A DNA stretch of 64,000 bases from Armatimonadota bacterium (GCA_039811685.1 JBDHZC010000004.1:1-64000); one strand, 5' to 3'; counted from the stretch's first letter, positions 40,279 to 50,182 are shown. Made by a program: numbers and translations. Notes: a model not told the origin generated them from the sequence alone.

Positions 40279-40950
40279 TCAGCCTTTCGGTGTCTCTTTT
40301 GCCGGCTTCTCCCCTTCCATCAGCACCTTCGTCATTTTGTCGCCAACCTTAATCTTGGGGAGGACGTCCAGCCCCTCAGTGACTTCACCAAAGCAGGCAT
40401 AGCCGCTGTTCAGATGAGGCGCTGGACCCAGAGTGATGAAAAACTGACTGGATGCGCTGTCAGGCGCCTGGGAGCGAGCCATTCCAAGCATTCCGGCCTT
40501 GTTGAAGTTGTGTTTGGAGTTGATTTCCAGCTTGATCGTCTTGCCGGACCCTCCCATTCCATTGCCTTGCGGGTCTCCACCCTGGATGACAAATCCCGGC
40601 TCCACGCGGTGCCACGTCAGCCCGTTGTAAAACCCGCGGTCTGTCAGCTCAATAAAATTTTTGGTCGTAACCGGCATTTCGTCGGTGAATAACTTCGCCT
40701 TGATCGTGCCTTTGTTCGTTTCGATAATCACCACTGGCTGCTTGCTTTTATCCTTCTTAGTGTCTGTCGGCTTCTCGTTGGCCGGCCTGGGTTGCTCTGC
40801 CTTTTGTTCAGTTTTCTGCTCGGGCGGCGGCTCTTCTTCCGCGTGCTGCCCGGGCGCTGACGGCGCCATAAGCCTGTTCAGCCCGACAAATACGGCGATC
40901 GCCGCAACAATACCGAGGACAAGAATGATGCTGGGAGGACGTTTCTGCAT
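40279..40950 (-). CDS. Membrane-anchored cyclophilin-type peptidyl-prolyl isomerase
   Basis: N-terminal TM helix; GFYNGLTWHRVEPGFVIQGGDP, GMAR, SQFFI, YACFGEV. Confidence 0.95.
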   Translation of the reverse strand: MQKRPPSIILVLGIVAAIAVFVGLNRLMAPSAPGQHAEEEPPPEQKTEQKAEQPRPANEKPTDTKKDKSKQPVVIIETNKGTIKAKLFTDEMPVTTKNFIELTDRGFYNGLTWHRVEPGFVIQGGDPQGNGMGGSGKTIKLEINSKHNFNKAGMLGMARSQAPDSASSQFFITLGPAPHLNSGYACFGEVTEGLDVLPKIKVGDKMTKVLMEGEKPAKETPKG

Positions 40951-41032
40951 TGCTGTGCTCTCCTTGTCAAATATCTGCCGGAACCTGCGAAAAGCCGGTC
41001 AATGTGACTTTATCTTATCTCAAATCTCAGCC

Positions 41033-41914
41033 TCACGGGTATTGCGCTCTCTTTAGAAATGCGAAAACGTATCGAGAGACGCGCTCGCTGTCATTGTACG
41101 GCGACAGATGATCGCCGCCAGACAACCACCGCAACTGCGAATGCGGGATCAGACGGTGGAGCTCCAGCGCGTGATACGGCCGGACGATTCTGTCCTGAGT
41201 GGCTCCGAGAATCAGCACCGGGCAGCCGTTCAGGCGTAGAGCCAAAGATTCTGAGTCAAGCTGTGCTGCGCTGCGAAAAAGCGCTACTGTGGCCTTACGG
41301 TCAGCCCTGTCTGCGCCTTCAGCAATCATTTTCCATGCACGGTATTTTCGGTTGGACAGCCCAACAGTTGACAACCGGGCCAGCCGCGCCGACGCCCACA
41401 TGAGCCAGCTCATTAGAGTGGCAGCCTTCCCGGATTTGAGCGCTTTCGCCCACAGTGGCAAGTGTGTTGCGTCCGCTGGGCTCGAAATAAGCACTACTGC
41501 TCCGCATAGCCCGGGGTGCTCTGCCGCGAGCGCCATGGCGATCACGCCACCCAGAGAGTGACCGACAACTGCGTCCACTGATCCCTTGCACTGCCCCCGC
41601 ACAAACTCCGCCAGCGCAAGCACGGCATTTGAAATCGACGCCTCTTCCGTAAATGGCCCTGAGTGACCGTGTCCTGGAAGATCGGGAGCCCACACCTGCG
41701 CCTGTCTGCCAAGAGTCTGAACCAGTGGAACGCCGGTTGTTGAAGCGGAGTATGACCCGTGAATGTACAGCAGTCTGCGCGCTCCAGCGCCTGTGTACGC
41801 GAAAGCCAGCCTGTAGTCGCCTGTGCCTCGCTCACTCATCAGTACGGCCGGGTGCGCCTGCGCATTCGAAGTATTCGAGTCTCTGTGCTCAGTCGTCTTA
41901 TCGCCCTTCGCCAT
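41033..41914 (-). CDS. Alpha/beta hydrolase
   Basis: YIHG, DLPGHG, GHSLGG, ATQD, GDH. Confidence 0.88.
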   Translation of the reverse strand: MAKGDKTTEHRDSNTSNAQAHPAVLMSERGTGDYRLAFAYTGAGARRLLYIHGSYSASTTGVPLVQTLGRQAQVWAPDLPGHGHSGPFTEEASISNAVLALAEFVRGQCKGSVDAVVGHSLGGVIAMALAAEHPGLCGAVVLISSPADATHLPLWAKALKSGKAATLMSWLMWASARLARLSTVGLSNRKYRAWKMIAEGADRADRKATVALFRSAAQLDSESLALRLNGCPVLILGATQDRIVRPYHALELHRLIPHSQLRWLSGGDHLSPYNDSERVSRYVFAFLKRAQYP

Positions 41915-41974
41915 ATCCAGGTCACTCTCCGCCGTATTGTATACCGCGTCCTAACACAGTAGATAACTTAGAGC

Positions 41975-42002
41975 TAAAGCTTCAGCGCATTGTGGACGTT
42001 AT
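41975..42002 (+). promoter_or_regulatory. sigma28 (FliA/SigD)-like promoter
   Basis: TAAA-N16-GACGTTAT (6/8 match to GCCGATAT) just upstream of a flagellar rod gene. Confidence 0.55.
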
Positions 42003-42022
42003 TCTCCAGTGGAGGACGCGTG

Positions 42023-42814
42023 ATGTTGAACGGAATCTACCGCGCCGCGATGGGCATGCGCGGGGAACTGGACATTCAGGACACTCTGGCAAACAACATA
42101 GCAAACGCCGGAACTGTCGCCTTCAAGCGGCACATTCCCACGTTCGCGGATGTGATGGCCGGTGGGCCGCCTCCTACCGGTAGGCCTGCCACAGTGCCTC
42201 AAGCAGCGGCTGGTGTCTCCCTGCGTCCGGCGGGCGTCACTATCGTTGACAACAGAGCGTACGTGTCGCTATCGTACAATCGCGCGGAGGCGAACTTCGA
42301 CCCCGCACCCGGAGAGGTGCGCCACACCGGGCAGGACCTCGACATGGCGCTCACGGGCGACGGCTATTTCACACTCCAGACAGCGTCCGGGCAGCAGCTC
42401 TACACGCGCGCTGGCGACTTCGTTCTGGACGCGGATCAGGATCTGGCGACCAGTCAGGGTTACAAGGTTCTGGGCGAGCAGGGCGCAATCCATATCGGAC
42501 AGGGAGCGGTCAGCGTGTCCGCCGAAGGAGATGTGTCCGTGGACGGTGAAGTGCGCGGCCGCCTGCTGATTTCCGAGCTTTCAAACCTCGATCAGGCCGA
42601 AGAGCTTGACGGTGGAACCTTCCGCTCCCGCTCGGCTGTACCAGCCTCCGCAGTCTCAGTGCGCCAGGGATTTCTCGAGCAGTCCAATGTCAACGCAGTT
42701 GAGGAGATGGTCGCCATGATCGCGAGTCTGCGCGCCTACGAAGCCGCTCAACGCGCTGTAATGGCGGGAGACAGCCTGCTCGGCAAAGCAGTTAACGATG
42801 TAGGCCGCGTCTAG
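42023..42814 (+). CDS. Flagellar basal-body rod protein FlgF/FlgG family
   Basis: ANNIANAGTVAFK, TGQDLDMALTGDGYF, YTRAGDF, QGFLEQSNVNAVEEMV; GGAGG RBS. Confidence 0.92.
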   Translation: MLNGIYRAAMGMRGELDIQDTLANNIANAGTVAFKRHIPTFADVMAGGPPPTGRPATVPQAAAGVSLRPAGVTIVDNRAYVSLSYNRAEANFDPAPGEVRHTGQDLDMALTGDGYFTLQTASGQQLYTRAGDFVLDADQDLATSQGYKVLGEQGAIHIGQGAVSVSAEGDVSVDGEVRGRLLISELSNLDQAEELDGGTFRSRSAVPASAVSVRQGFLEQSNVNAVEEMVAMIASLRAYEAAQRAVMAGDSLLGKAVNDVGRV

Positions 42815-42883
42815 GCTGAGTTCCTGGCCAACCAACTGCCGCAGCGTCTCGTTAACGCCTCACTCCAAGCCTTCGGCTGACTC

Positions 42884-43945
42884 TCAGCGTTTCCTGGGCC
42901 GAGCTTTTTTTGCGGGTTTCGGCTGGACTGCATAGGGTGAGCAAAGCGGGTCCCCAATCACCACATCTTTCCAGCACAGAAACGGGCTGGCCATATAGAA
43001 GCTCTCGGCGAGATTGAAGCCGCGCGTGTAGCGGTCGAAAAGAATCTGAGCTCGAGCCATAGATGTGCCGTAGGGCTCCGTCACGTAGCCCTTTACCCCA
43101 GTGATACCGTCCGCTATCAGGTCGCCGATCTGAGACTGTCCGTGGTTCTCTTTCGTGAAAGTGCGTGCGCTTGTTGACACAATAGTCTCAGCGATCGCTC
43201 CGGGGAGAAACGTATTTGAGTGGTAGCTTCTTGCGTTGAAATGAGCATCGTTTGATCCCCACGAGTAGTACCCCATCAGATTCTTGTATCCGCCGACAAA
43301 ATTCTCACTTGAGTCCAGCTTGTAGGGCACTTCGCGCTCCAGCAGCCGAAGAGCCGCTGTGCGCATATCCTGGTTCAGCTCCACATATCCGGGCAGCTTG
43401 TCCTTAGCAGGGTCAATGTCAAGCAGAATTGTGCCGCGCTTACCCGCTGACTGTAAAGAGCGAGTTACCAGCGCCCTGGCATCCGCCAGGGTGTAGCCGT
43501 CCAGCCGGGTCACCAGGAAGAATTTAAAGTCCTTGCTGCGAAACCTCTGCGCGCGCCCAAAATAGGGGTTGTTCATCTGCGTTTCGTACCCGTACGGCAA
43601 CATAGTCAGCATACTGTCAACGGAGAAGCCGCGGTTGTCGTAGAGCGGTACACCTTTGGTGGTCACGATAAAATCCAGATTTGGCAGCCCATGCTTCTGA
43701 ATGTAGTGCTTGATCGGGTTGCGGATTTTGCTGTGAAAGTCCTCCAGGCTTACCTTCTCACCAGGATTGACACTGATGTGGCAGATAAAGCTCGCCGGAA
43801 CTCCTCTCTTGGACGCATAATACTGTCCAAGAGCTCTGGACGTTGGACTGCGGTCGTTGACGATGACCAGAACGCGATCCGTTCCGCCGAAGGCGCGGGC
43901 GCACAGAGATGTCAAAAGCAAGAACAAGCACAGCCGGATCTTCAT
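42884..43945 (-). CDS. TIGR03790 family secreted protein
   Basis: Signal peptide; VLVIVN...YYASKRGVP, TTKGVP, LVTRLDG, WGSND, GITGVKGYVTEP, AESFY...IGDPL. Confidence 0.8.
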   Translation of the reverse strand: MKIRLCLFLLLTSLCARAFGGTDRVLVIVNDRSPTSRALGQYYASKRGVPASFICHISVNPGEKVSLEDFHSKIRNPIKHYIQKHGLPNLDFIVTTKGVPLYDNRGFSVDSMLTMLPYGYETQMNNPYFGRAQRFRSKDFKFFLVTRLDGYTLADARALVTRSLQSAGKRGTILLDIDPAKDKLPGYVELNQDMRTAALRLLEREVPYKLDSSENFVGGYKNLMGYYSWGSNDAHFNARSYHSNTFLPGAIAETIVSTSARTFTKENHGQSQIGDLIADGITGVKGYVTEPYGTSMARAQILFDRYTRGFNLAESFYMASPFLCWKDVVIGDPLCSPYAVQPKPAKKARPRKR

Positions 43946-44113
43946 AGTATTCGGTTATACCACTTTGTGTGGGCAATCGTTCCAGGTGAGCGCAGGGCGT
44001 CCAGTGGGTTTGAGACATCCTGTCAGCGAGAGAGAAGGATAGGTAAACTCTATTCTCTTTCTCCCGGACGTAAGGTCAGATAAGCCTGCAGGCCGAGAAT
44101 TTGAGGCGTAAAC

Positions 44114-45379
44114 ATGAAAACAACAAAGGGACCGAAAGAGTTGGTCGTCGGCGTATTTGGCCGGAGGATGACCGGTAAGACGAACCTGATGGCCTCACTG
44201 GGCGCAGATGTGAATGGGGCTGGTGAGCCTGGCGCTGCGGAGGAGGCTGTCGTCCGGGTCAAAGGCCTGGGGCCGGTGCGTCTGATAAAGCCGCTGGGAC
44301 TTGACGACGAGCGCGCCTTGGGCATTAAGTCAACGCAGTCACGAGACCTGCTCTCTCGCCTTGACGCCGCCATCCTTGTGATCGACGCCTCACTTGGCTG
44401 GTCAGACTATGAGCGTTTCCTGCTCTCCAAGATTCGCTTCTCTGAGAATCCGGAAGTTGTCGTAATAAACCGCTGTGCCGACGAAAGCTGTGACGATCTG
44501 GAGCGCAAGCTCAGACAATTTGGATCGCGCGTGGTCCATATGGATTTGGACAAAGTTGCAGATCCAGCGCCGCTGATAACGGCGCTGATTGCTGAACTGC
44601 ATCTCCACAAGGATCTGCCAAACTTGCTGGACGGGCTGGTGAAAGAGGGAGAATCTGTCTGGCTGGTTGTTCCTAGTGGCCGCAAGAACTACCATCATCA
44701 GATTGAGCCGCACGAGTACCATCTCAAACTGGATGCGCAGAAGCTAGCAGCGAGTCTGGATGTAGTCCTGGAGGCAGACTTTGCTTCTGCGTGGGAGAAA
44801 GCGTCCTCGCCTCCTCGCCTCGTAATCTGTGACCACGAAGTGCTGGACCACGTGCAGCGGCTGGTTCCACGCAATCTGCCTCTGACCACGCTGGATATAC
44901 TCACAGATCGTCAGCGCGGTGAACTGGCGACCTTCGTCCAGGGTGCAGAGACGATCAAGAGTCTCAAAGCGGGAGACAGAATCCTGATCACCTCCTCGAG
45001 CGATCTTGAGATTCAACCGGACGATCATTCGCGCAACGAGATGCCCAGTTTGCTGCGGACGTGGGTTCGGGGAGATCTTGAGTTCAGTCTGGCGTCCGGC
45101 GAAGGTTTGGAATCGGGACTGGACGGCGTCGATCTGGCGGTTCGCTGCGAGCCGACAACGCATGACAGGGCAGACGGTCTTAGCGATGTCGAAGTAGCTC
45201 GCCGCAAGAACGTTCCCATCACGTCGTACGGCGTCGCGTTTGCGTATGTTCATGGTGTGCTGACGCGCCTGGTGAAACCTTTTGTCAGCCTTGGTGAGTT
45301 CTCAGCGCCCGACGTCGATCTGACTCGCGCCCTGCCACTGGTACTGCACGATGAATACTCGAGCATGGCGTCAATGTAG
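44114..45379 (+). CDS. Degenerate HydF-like protein ([FeFe]-hydrogenase maturase GTPase homologue)
   Basis: VGVFGRRMTGKT, LGPVRLI..LGLDD, VWLVVP, PRLVICD, LPLTTLDIL, LKAGDRILI, NVPITSYGV follow the HydF three-domain layout; catalytic and Fe-S motifs are missing. Confidence 0.75.
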   Translation: MKTTKGPKELVVGVFGRRMTGKTNLMASLGADVNGAGEPGAAEEAVVRVKGLGPVRLIKPLGLDDERALGIKSTQSRDLLSRLDAAILVIDASLGWSDYERFLLSKIRFSENPEVVVINRCADESCDDLERKLRQFGSRVVHMDLDKVADPAPLITALIAELHLHKDLPNLLDGLVKEGESVWLVVPSGRKNYHHQIEPHEYHLKLDAQKLAASLDVVLEADFASAWEKASSPPRLVICDHEVLDHVQRLVPRNLPLTTLDILTDRQRGELATFVQGAETIKSLKAGDRILITSSSDLEIQPDDHSRNEMPSLLRTWVRGDLEFSLASGEGLESGLDGVDLAVRCEPTTHDRADGLSDVEVARRKNVPITSYGVAFAYVHGVLTRLVKPFVSLGEFSAPDVDLTRALPLVLHDEYSSMASM

Positions 45380-45406
45380 GAGCACGGGGTTGCAGGCTTC
45401 AGGAGA

Positions 45407-46018
45407 GTGTCAATGATTTTCCCAATCGGCTTGGTCTTATTTGCCATAGCAGCTCTCAATTACCCGGTAATGGGCAGCGCTCCGGCGCCGCGGCAAACCA
45501 CTGAAGGAACCAGACAGGCTGTAGTGAGCTTGCGGGAAGCGGGGTGGGATGGCAGGGAGCCGGCAGTTGTGGTGGATATAGCCCGCCAACGGCTCCTGCT
45601 CTTTGAAAAGGGCGCAGTCTCCCACGCGTGGCAGGTGTCAACGTCGAAGTATGGCGTTGGTTATGTCCCGGGTTCTTACAAGACGCCTGTTGGGTTGCAT
45701 CGAATCTGGAGGAAGGCGGGCGCGGCTGCGAAGCTGGGCCAACCGCTGAAGAACGGCGAGCCTACAGATGCTCCTGTCGCGGAAGAAGGACAGAAAAAGA
45801 AAGTATTCATCAGCACCCGCGCTCTGATGCTGGACGGGCTGGAGAAGGACAACCAGACCAGCAAGTCTCGGGGCATCTGGATCCACGGGACGACGGCCGA
45901 GGAGAAGATAGGTCAGCCAGCCTCAATCGGGTGTGTGCGGATGCGCAACGTGGACGTCATCCAGCTGTTTGACTTCGTGCGCGAAGGTACGCTCGTTTAT
46001 ATAACCGATCGCCGCTGA
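45407..46018 (+). CDS. L,D-transpeptidase (YkuD family)
   Basis: Signal/TM; VSTSKYG, TPVG, IWIHGT...IGQPASIGCVRM (His...Cys catalytic motif). Confidence 0.92.
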   Translation: MSMIFPIGLVLFAIAALNYPVMGSAPAPRQTTEGTRQAVVSLREAGWDGREPAVVVDIARQRLLLFEKGAVSHAWQVSTSKYGVGYVPGSYKTPVGLHRIWRKAGAAAKLGQPLKNGEPTDAPVAEEGQKKKVFISTRALMLDGLEKDNQTSKSRGIWIHGTTAEEKIGQPASIGCVRMRNVDVIQLFDFVREGTLVYITDRR

Positions 46019-46082
46019 GCAGTCGGGGACAGCGCTGGCTGCCTGGCTCGCGTGCGCCGTATGCCATTTATCCGTTTTGGCT

Positions 46083-46661
46083 TCATGTCTGCGGCGCTGC
46101 CGTCTGCGCATACGTCCAGTCCAAGAGCGCCTCTATCTCAGCGGCCTGCGCTATCTCAAGTGCCCGCACCTCTTGAACGTGAGTGAGTGTCGCGCGCTCG
46201 CAAAGGGCTACAAATCGCTCGGGAATCCAGCGCGCCCACTCCTCCACGGTCTTCGCCAGAATCTGAGACTCAGAGTTCGAGTCCCTCCGCAGTTTCTCAA
46301 CGACGTGGCGATGCACGGTGGCAAACGCGGGGTGATCGCCGGTCCTGCGGAACCAGTAGAGACTGTTGCCGTAGTCTGGTTCCCGGCGGTGCATAATCCC
46401 GTGCCAGTAGCTGCCGGTTGAGTTAGAGATGCCCTGACTCACCCGGTGTGACTCCTCCAGACAATCGGCCCAAAGAAGCAGCCCGGCAACTGTGGCTTCC
46501 GCAAATTCTGGACACGGATCCCGGACGTCAAAGAGATCGGCCGCCGGTATCTCAGTCACCCGTACGCAGAACTCCTCATCTGGTGAGTAAGGCGGCCGGA
46601 TTCGTGGCAGGGCGCGTCCGGCTAAGACACTCTTGAGTTCCTGGAACACTTCTGCTGACAT
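46083..46661 (-). CDS. Conserved hypothetical protein (HRREPDY motif)
   Basis: SHRVSQ...GSYWHGIMHRREPDYGNSLYWFRRTGDHP; last gene of a tight operon. Confidence 0.7.
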   Translation of the reverse strand: MSAEVFQELKSVLAGRALPRIRPPYSPDEEFCVRVTEIPAADLFDVRDPCPEFAEATVAGLLLWADCLEESHRVSQGISNSTGSYWHGIMHRREPDYGNSLYWFRRTGDHPAFATVHRHVVEKLRRDSNSESQILAKTVEEWARWIPERFVALCERATLTHVQEVRALEIAQAAEIEALLDWTYAQTAAPQT

Positions 46662-46670
46662 CTGATTCTC

Positions 46671-47879
46671 CTAAATGTCACCAACAGGGCGTCTCGCTCG
46701 CTTCTCCAGGGTGGGGGCTATCAGAACTATCAACGTGACAACCACAAAAAGAAGCGGGTTCACCATAAATGCCGTGGCCAGTCCCGCTCCGGGATGTGCG
46801 GCCACCTCGCCCACAATCCAGGGGCCAATGGCGGCGCCGGCTGCCCCTGCGCCAACAATCCACGGCAGAGTCACTGTCAGCCGGGCATTGTACACGTGGC
46901 CCGCATAGCTGACGATGGTCGGCCAGATGCAGGCAAAAGTCAAGCCCACGATACCCACCATCGCTAACGCTGTCTCCGCTGAGCGCAAACGCGAGAACAC
47001 CAGCATTGAGCACACGCCCAGAATCGAGGATACTCGCAGGAGTGTCACGTCTTTCACGTAGCGGCCAGACAGACCAGCTCCGATACGCCCAATCACGGCG
47101 CCGGACCAGAAGGCTGCGTTGGACGCTGCCGCCAGGCCTACGGGCGCGCTCAGGACCTTAGTGAAGTGAATTGGCAGCCAGAAGCAGATGGCGGTTTCTG
47201 TCGCCACGTAGCAGAACATAGCCACAATCAGAGCCAAGGAGAACGGGTCAATGGCGCGTCCGGCGACCACATGCGCCGCCTCTGGTTCGCCCAGGCGGTG
47301 GGTGCCGGTTCCGAGAATACCCAGCGCGCTCAGAAGACCAATCACTGCTGCAATCCAGTAGCCAATACGCCAGTCCATGCGCGCCCTGAGGATGATAGCC
47401 ATCGCGATCGGTACGCCAATCGCGGCCAGAGCGAACGCCACATGAGCGTAGTTCATTACAGCGGTCCGGGCCGGACCTCGAAAAAGCTGCCCGAGTAGCG
47501 CGTTTGCCGTGGATTCAATCAATCCCGCTGTCAGTCCCAGTACACAGACTCCGACGCAGAGCATGGCGAAGCTGTGGCTGTTGGCCAGAATTACGCTGCC
47601 TGCAAGCAGTCCCCAGCAGCCGGCCACCACCAGCCGGCCTTTGGCCATAAACAGCGACAAGTAGCCACCAAGCGCGACAGTGAGGACGAGCGGAAAAAAT
47701 GTGAAAGCGCTCAGCCGGCCGATCTGTCCCGCGCTCAGCTTCATTTCTCGCGCGATCTCTACGAGCGCGGGCGGCGTAACGGACAGACACGTCGAGAACG
47801 CGAACAACCCCACACCGACAGCTACCGCGGCAGCCACGGGTGAGGTGGAACGCAACTGGCCAGTAGAGGTTTGAATCAA
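46671..47879 (-). CDS. MFS transporter
   Basis: About 12 hydrophobic segments; YVATE, FWSG..IGR, IWPT motifs of FucP/TsgA-like MFS. Confidence 0.88.
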   Translation of the reverse strand: MIQTSTGQLRSTSPVAAAVAVGVGLFAFSTCLSVTPPALVEIAREMKLSAGQIGRLSAFTFFPLVLTVALGGYLSLFMAKGRLVVAGCWGLLAGSVILANSHSFAMLCVGVCVLGLTAGLIESTANALLGQLFRGPARTAVMNYAHVAFALAAIGVPIAMAIILRARMDWRIGYWIAAVIGLLSALGILGTGTHRLGEPEAAHVVAGRAIDPFSLALIVAMFCYVATETAICFWLPIHFTKVLSAPVGLAAASNAAFWSGAVIGRIGAGLSGRYVKDVTLLRVSSILGVCSMLVFSRLRSAETALAMVGIVGLTFACIWPTIVSYAGHVYNARLTVTLPWIVGAGAAGAAIGPWIVGEVAAHPGAGLATAFMVNPLLFVVVTLIVLIAPTLEKRARRPVGDI

Positions 47880-50014
47880 CGCACGGCCACAGCGGTTATG
47901 TTGCCATCAAAGGACGTCACATAGGCGTTGTCGCCATCACAGGAAACCGATGACATCACAAAGAGCTGAGGCGATGCCTGGTACTGCCAGAGTATCTTTC
48001 CAGAGGTTGCGTCGATGGCCGACACCATCCCTCGCGCGCTGCAGACAAAGACCTTGCCGTCTTTCTCAACGGGGGCAGTGGGGATAGCGCCGAGTCCTGC
48101 GTCAGTACTCCAGATGAGATGTCCCTGGGTGTCAATCTTGTTGAGCTGCCCCTTCAGCATCCGCATATACACGTACCGGCCGTCTTCCGATACTCCAGTC
48201 GCCGCAACCCCTTCCTGCGAGCCGATATTCTCCCCGGAAACAGCATCCAGAATCGTCATCCAGTAGTTGCGGTCTGCGATGTAAACCTTTCCACCAGCGA
48301 CCACCGGCATCGCGTCGCCCGGAGAGTAGTAACGTTTCGCTGCCTTCGCCACATTGACGCCTTCGCTGGTCGTTTTCCACAACAGCTTGCCAGTGGAGGC
48401 GTCCACACAGCGCACGTACTGATCCCACGCGCCGAAGTACACACGTCCGTCTTTCACAAAGGGCGTAGATTCTATTGAATACTCAGGGTCTTCGTTCTTC
48501 CATGTTAGCCGTCCGGTCGCTGCGTCCACGGCGTAGAGCCTGCCGTCATTGCACCCGAAGATGACCTTCCCATCCCACCAGACCGGGGAAGAATAGACAG
48601 AGTCGGGCGCAGTGTATGTCCACAGCTTCTTCCCACGGGAATCGTAGGCGCTGACGTCGCCGTTGCCATTTGCGCAGTAGATAGTGTCCTTATGAACCAG
48701 AGGGCTCGCGATCACCTCGGCGCTTGTGTTTACACTCCAGATTAGCTTGCCGTCTCTTGCCTTTAGAGCGCTCAGTTTGCCGGCGTTATCTCCCACGTAA
48801 ACGCGGTCGCCGGCGATGGTGGGTGTGTTTTTGCTTGCAGCCGCCAGATAATGCCGCCATCTTCGTGTCCCTGGTGAGCCCTTTGGACCTGAGCTTTTCG
48901 TAAACGCTGCACTTCGGCTGAACTCCTCTTTGTCCGCTTTGAACGTCACGCGGACGTAGTGAGCGCCGGGCAGCAGCTTATCTACTGGGACGAGGCCGAC
49001 TGCCGCATTGCCGGACAGCTTCAGATCCCCATTGAAATCATCGTCTATCGTGTAGAGAGCCTCCGTCAGGACAGGCGCGCCCTTAACGCGCGCTTCAATC
49101 CTGAGCTGCGGAGCCGCAGCTTTATTTCTGGACGCGCTGACCTCGTCGACTTTCAGGTCTATTGTTGGGTAGCTCGACCTGTCTGCCAGCTTCTTCTCCA
49201 GCACTTTCTCCAATGGGGCGTTTTGCCCCGATTTTTGATAAGCTGCCCGAAGCACACCGTCCTTAACTGAGACAAACATCAGTCCGGCGTTTGGCCCAAA
49301 AGTGCTGCCGCCGATGATCTCATTCAGTCCTGCTGGTGTTTCGGCCCGGAAGTTGTGATAATGACCGGTCAACACAAGAGCTACGTTGTACGGACGCAGT
49401 AGATCGACTACTCTGTACCAATCGTACCGGCTGGCAAACTCTGTGCCTTCAAGCGGGTGGTGAAAAAAGATGAAAACAGGCGTTTCTTTCGAAACCTTCC
49501 TGAGGTCATTTCGGAGCCAGACGATCTGTTCTTCGCCAAAGGATGGCCGGGGATCCTGAATGGTCGGCGAGTTCAGAGAAATGAAGTGGCAGCCGTCCCG
49601 ATTGAACGAATAGTAAGCGCCCAGTCCCGTATCCCGCAGATTTTTCAGCTGCGCATGCCATGTATTGTCGTGGTTGCCCGGGCTGCTGTAGACAGTCAGC
49701 CCGCTGTCCTTCCAATAGGACAGATACTCCGTCCACCAGCCGTTTCCGCCCCCAAACTCTGTGCAGTCGCCAGTGACGATGGCGAATGTCGGCCTGAGGA
49801 CTCTAATCCCGTAGGCCTGCAGGTCAACTTCCGGTCCGAGGTCTTTGATCTGTCCAATGATCTGCCTGGACTGCTCCATTGGCGTATGGACATCCGAAGC
49901 CTGAATGAAGGTGAAGTCAGGCGCCCCTGGAGCGCTTTGGGCAGGAGCCATGCAGACTCCAAGCGCGAAAACTGAGGCAGCGGTAATAGCAAGTCGGCGG
50001 TATCTCTGAATCAT
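47876..50014 (-). CDS. Secreted calcineurin-like metallophosphoesterase fused to a PQQ-like beta-propeller
   Basis: Signal peptide; ASDVH, TGD, GNHD, HHP, GHYH; C-terminal repeats A(L/V)DAxTGxLxW; likely start 50014 after GAGGA. Confidence 0.85.
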   Translation of the reverse strand: MIQRYRRLAITAASVFALGVCMAPAQSAPGAPDFTFIQASDVHTPMEQSRQIIGQIKDLGPEVDLQAYGIRVLRPTFAIVTGDCTEFGGGNGWWTEYLSYWKDSGLTVYSSPGNHDNTWHAQLKNLRDTGLGAYYSFNRDGCHFISLNSPTIQDPRPSFGEEQIVWLRNDLRKVSKETPVFIFFHHPLEGTEFASRYDWYRVVDLLRPYNVALVLTGHYHNFRAETPAGLNEIIGGSTFGPNAGLMFVSVKDGVLRAAYQKSGQNAPLEKVLEKKLADRSSYPTIDLKVDEVSASRNKAAAPQLRIEARVKGAPVLTEALYTIDDDFNGDLKLSGNAAVGLVPVDKLLPGAHYVRVTFKADKEEFSRSAAFTKSSGPKGSPGTRRWRHYLAAASKNTPTIAGDRVYVGDNAGKLSALKARDGKLIWSVNTSAEVIASPLVHKDTIYCANGNGDVSAYDSRGKKLWTYTAPDSVYSSPVWWDGKVIFGCNDGRLYAVDAATGRLTWKNEDPEYSIESTPFVKDGRVYFGAWDQYVRCVDASTGKLLWKTTSEGVNVAKAAKRYYSPGDAMPVVAGGKVYIADRNYWMTILDAVSGENIGSQEGVAATGVSEDGRYVYMRMLKGQLNKIDTQGHLIWSTDAGLGAIPTAPVEKDGKVFVCSARGMVSAIDATSGKILWQYQASPQLFVMSSVSCDGDNAYVTSFDGNITAVAVR

Positions 50015-50153
50015 TAGGGTCCTCGAAATAGCCATTGTCTGAGTTTCTGGCCTGTCACAGTATACATTACGCGAAATCGTTTCCCCTGCTGGTCTCTCGT
50101 CACACAAATGCCACTGTTCCCCAAACCAGCCCGATAGCGAAAGCGTCGTCGCG

Positions 50154-50182
50154 TTGACGGGGGTCTCAGCGCGCAGTACAAT
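50154..50182 (+). promoter_or_regulatory. sigma70 promoter
   Basis: TTGACG-N17-TACAAT upstream of ORF 50217. Confidence 0.7.
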
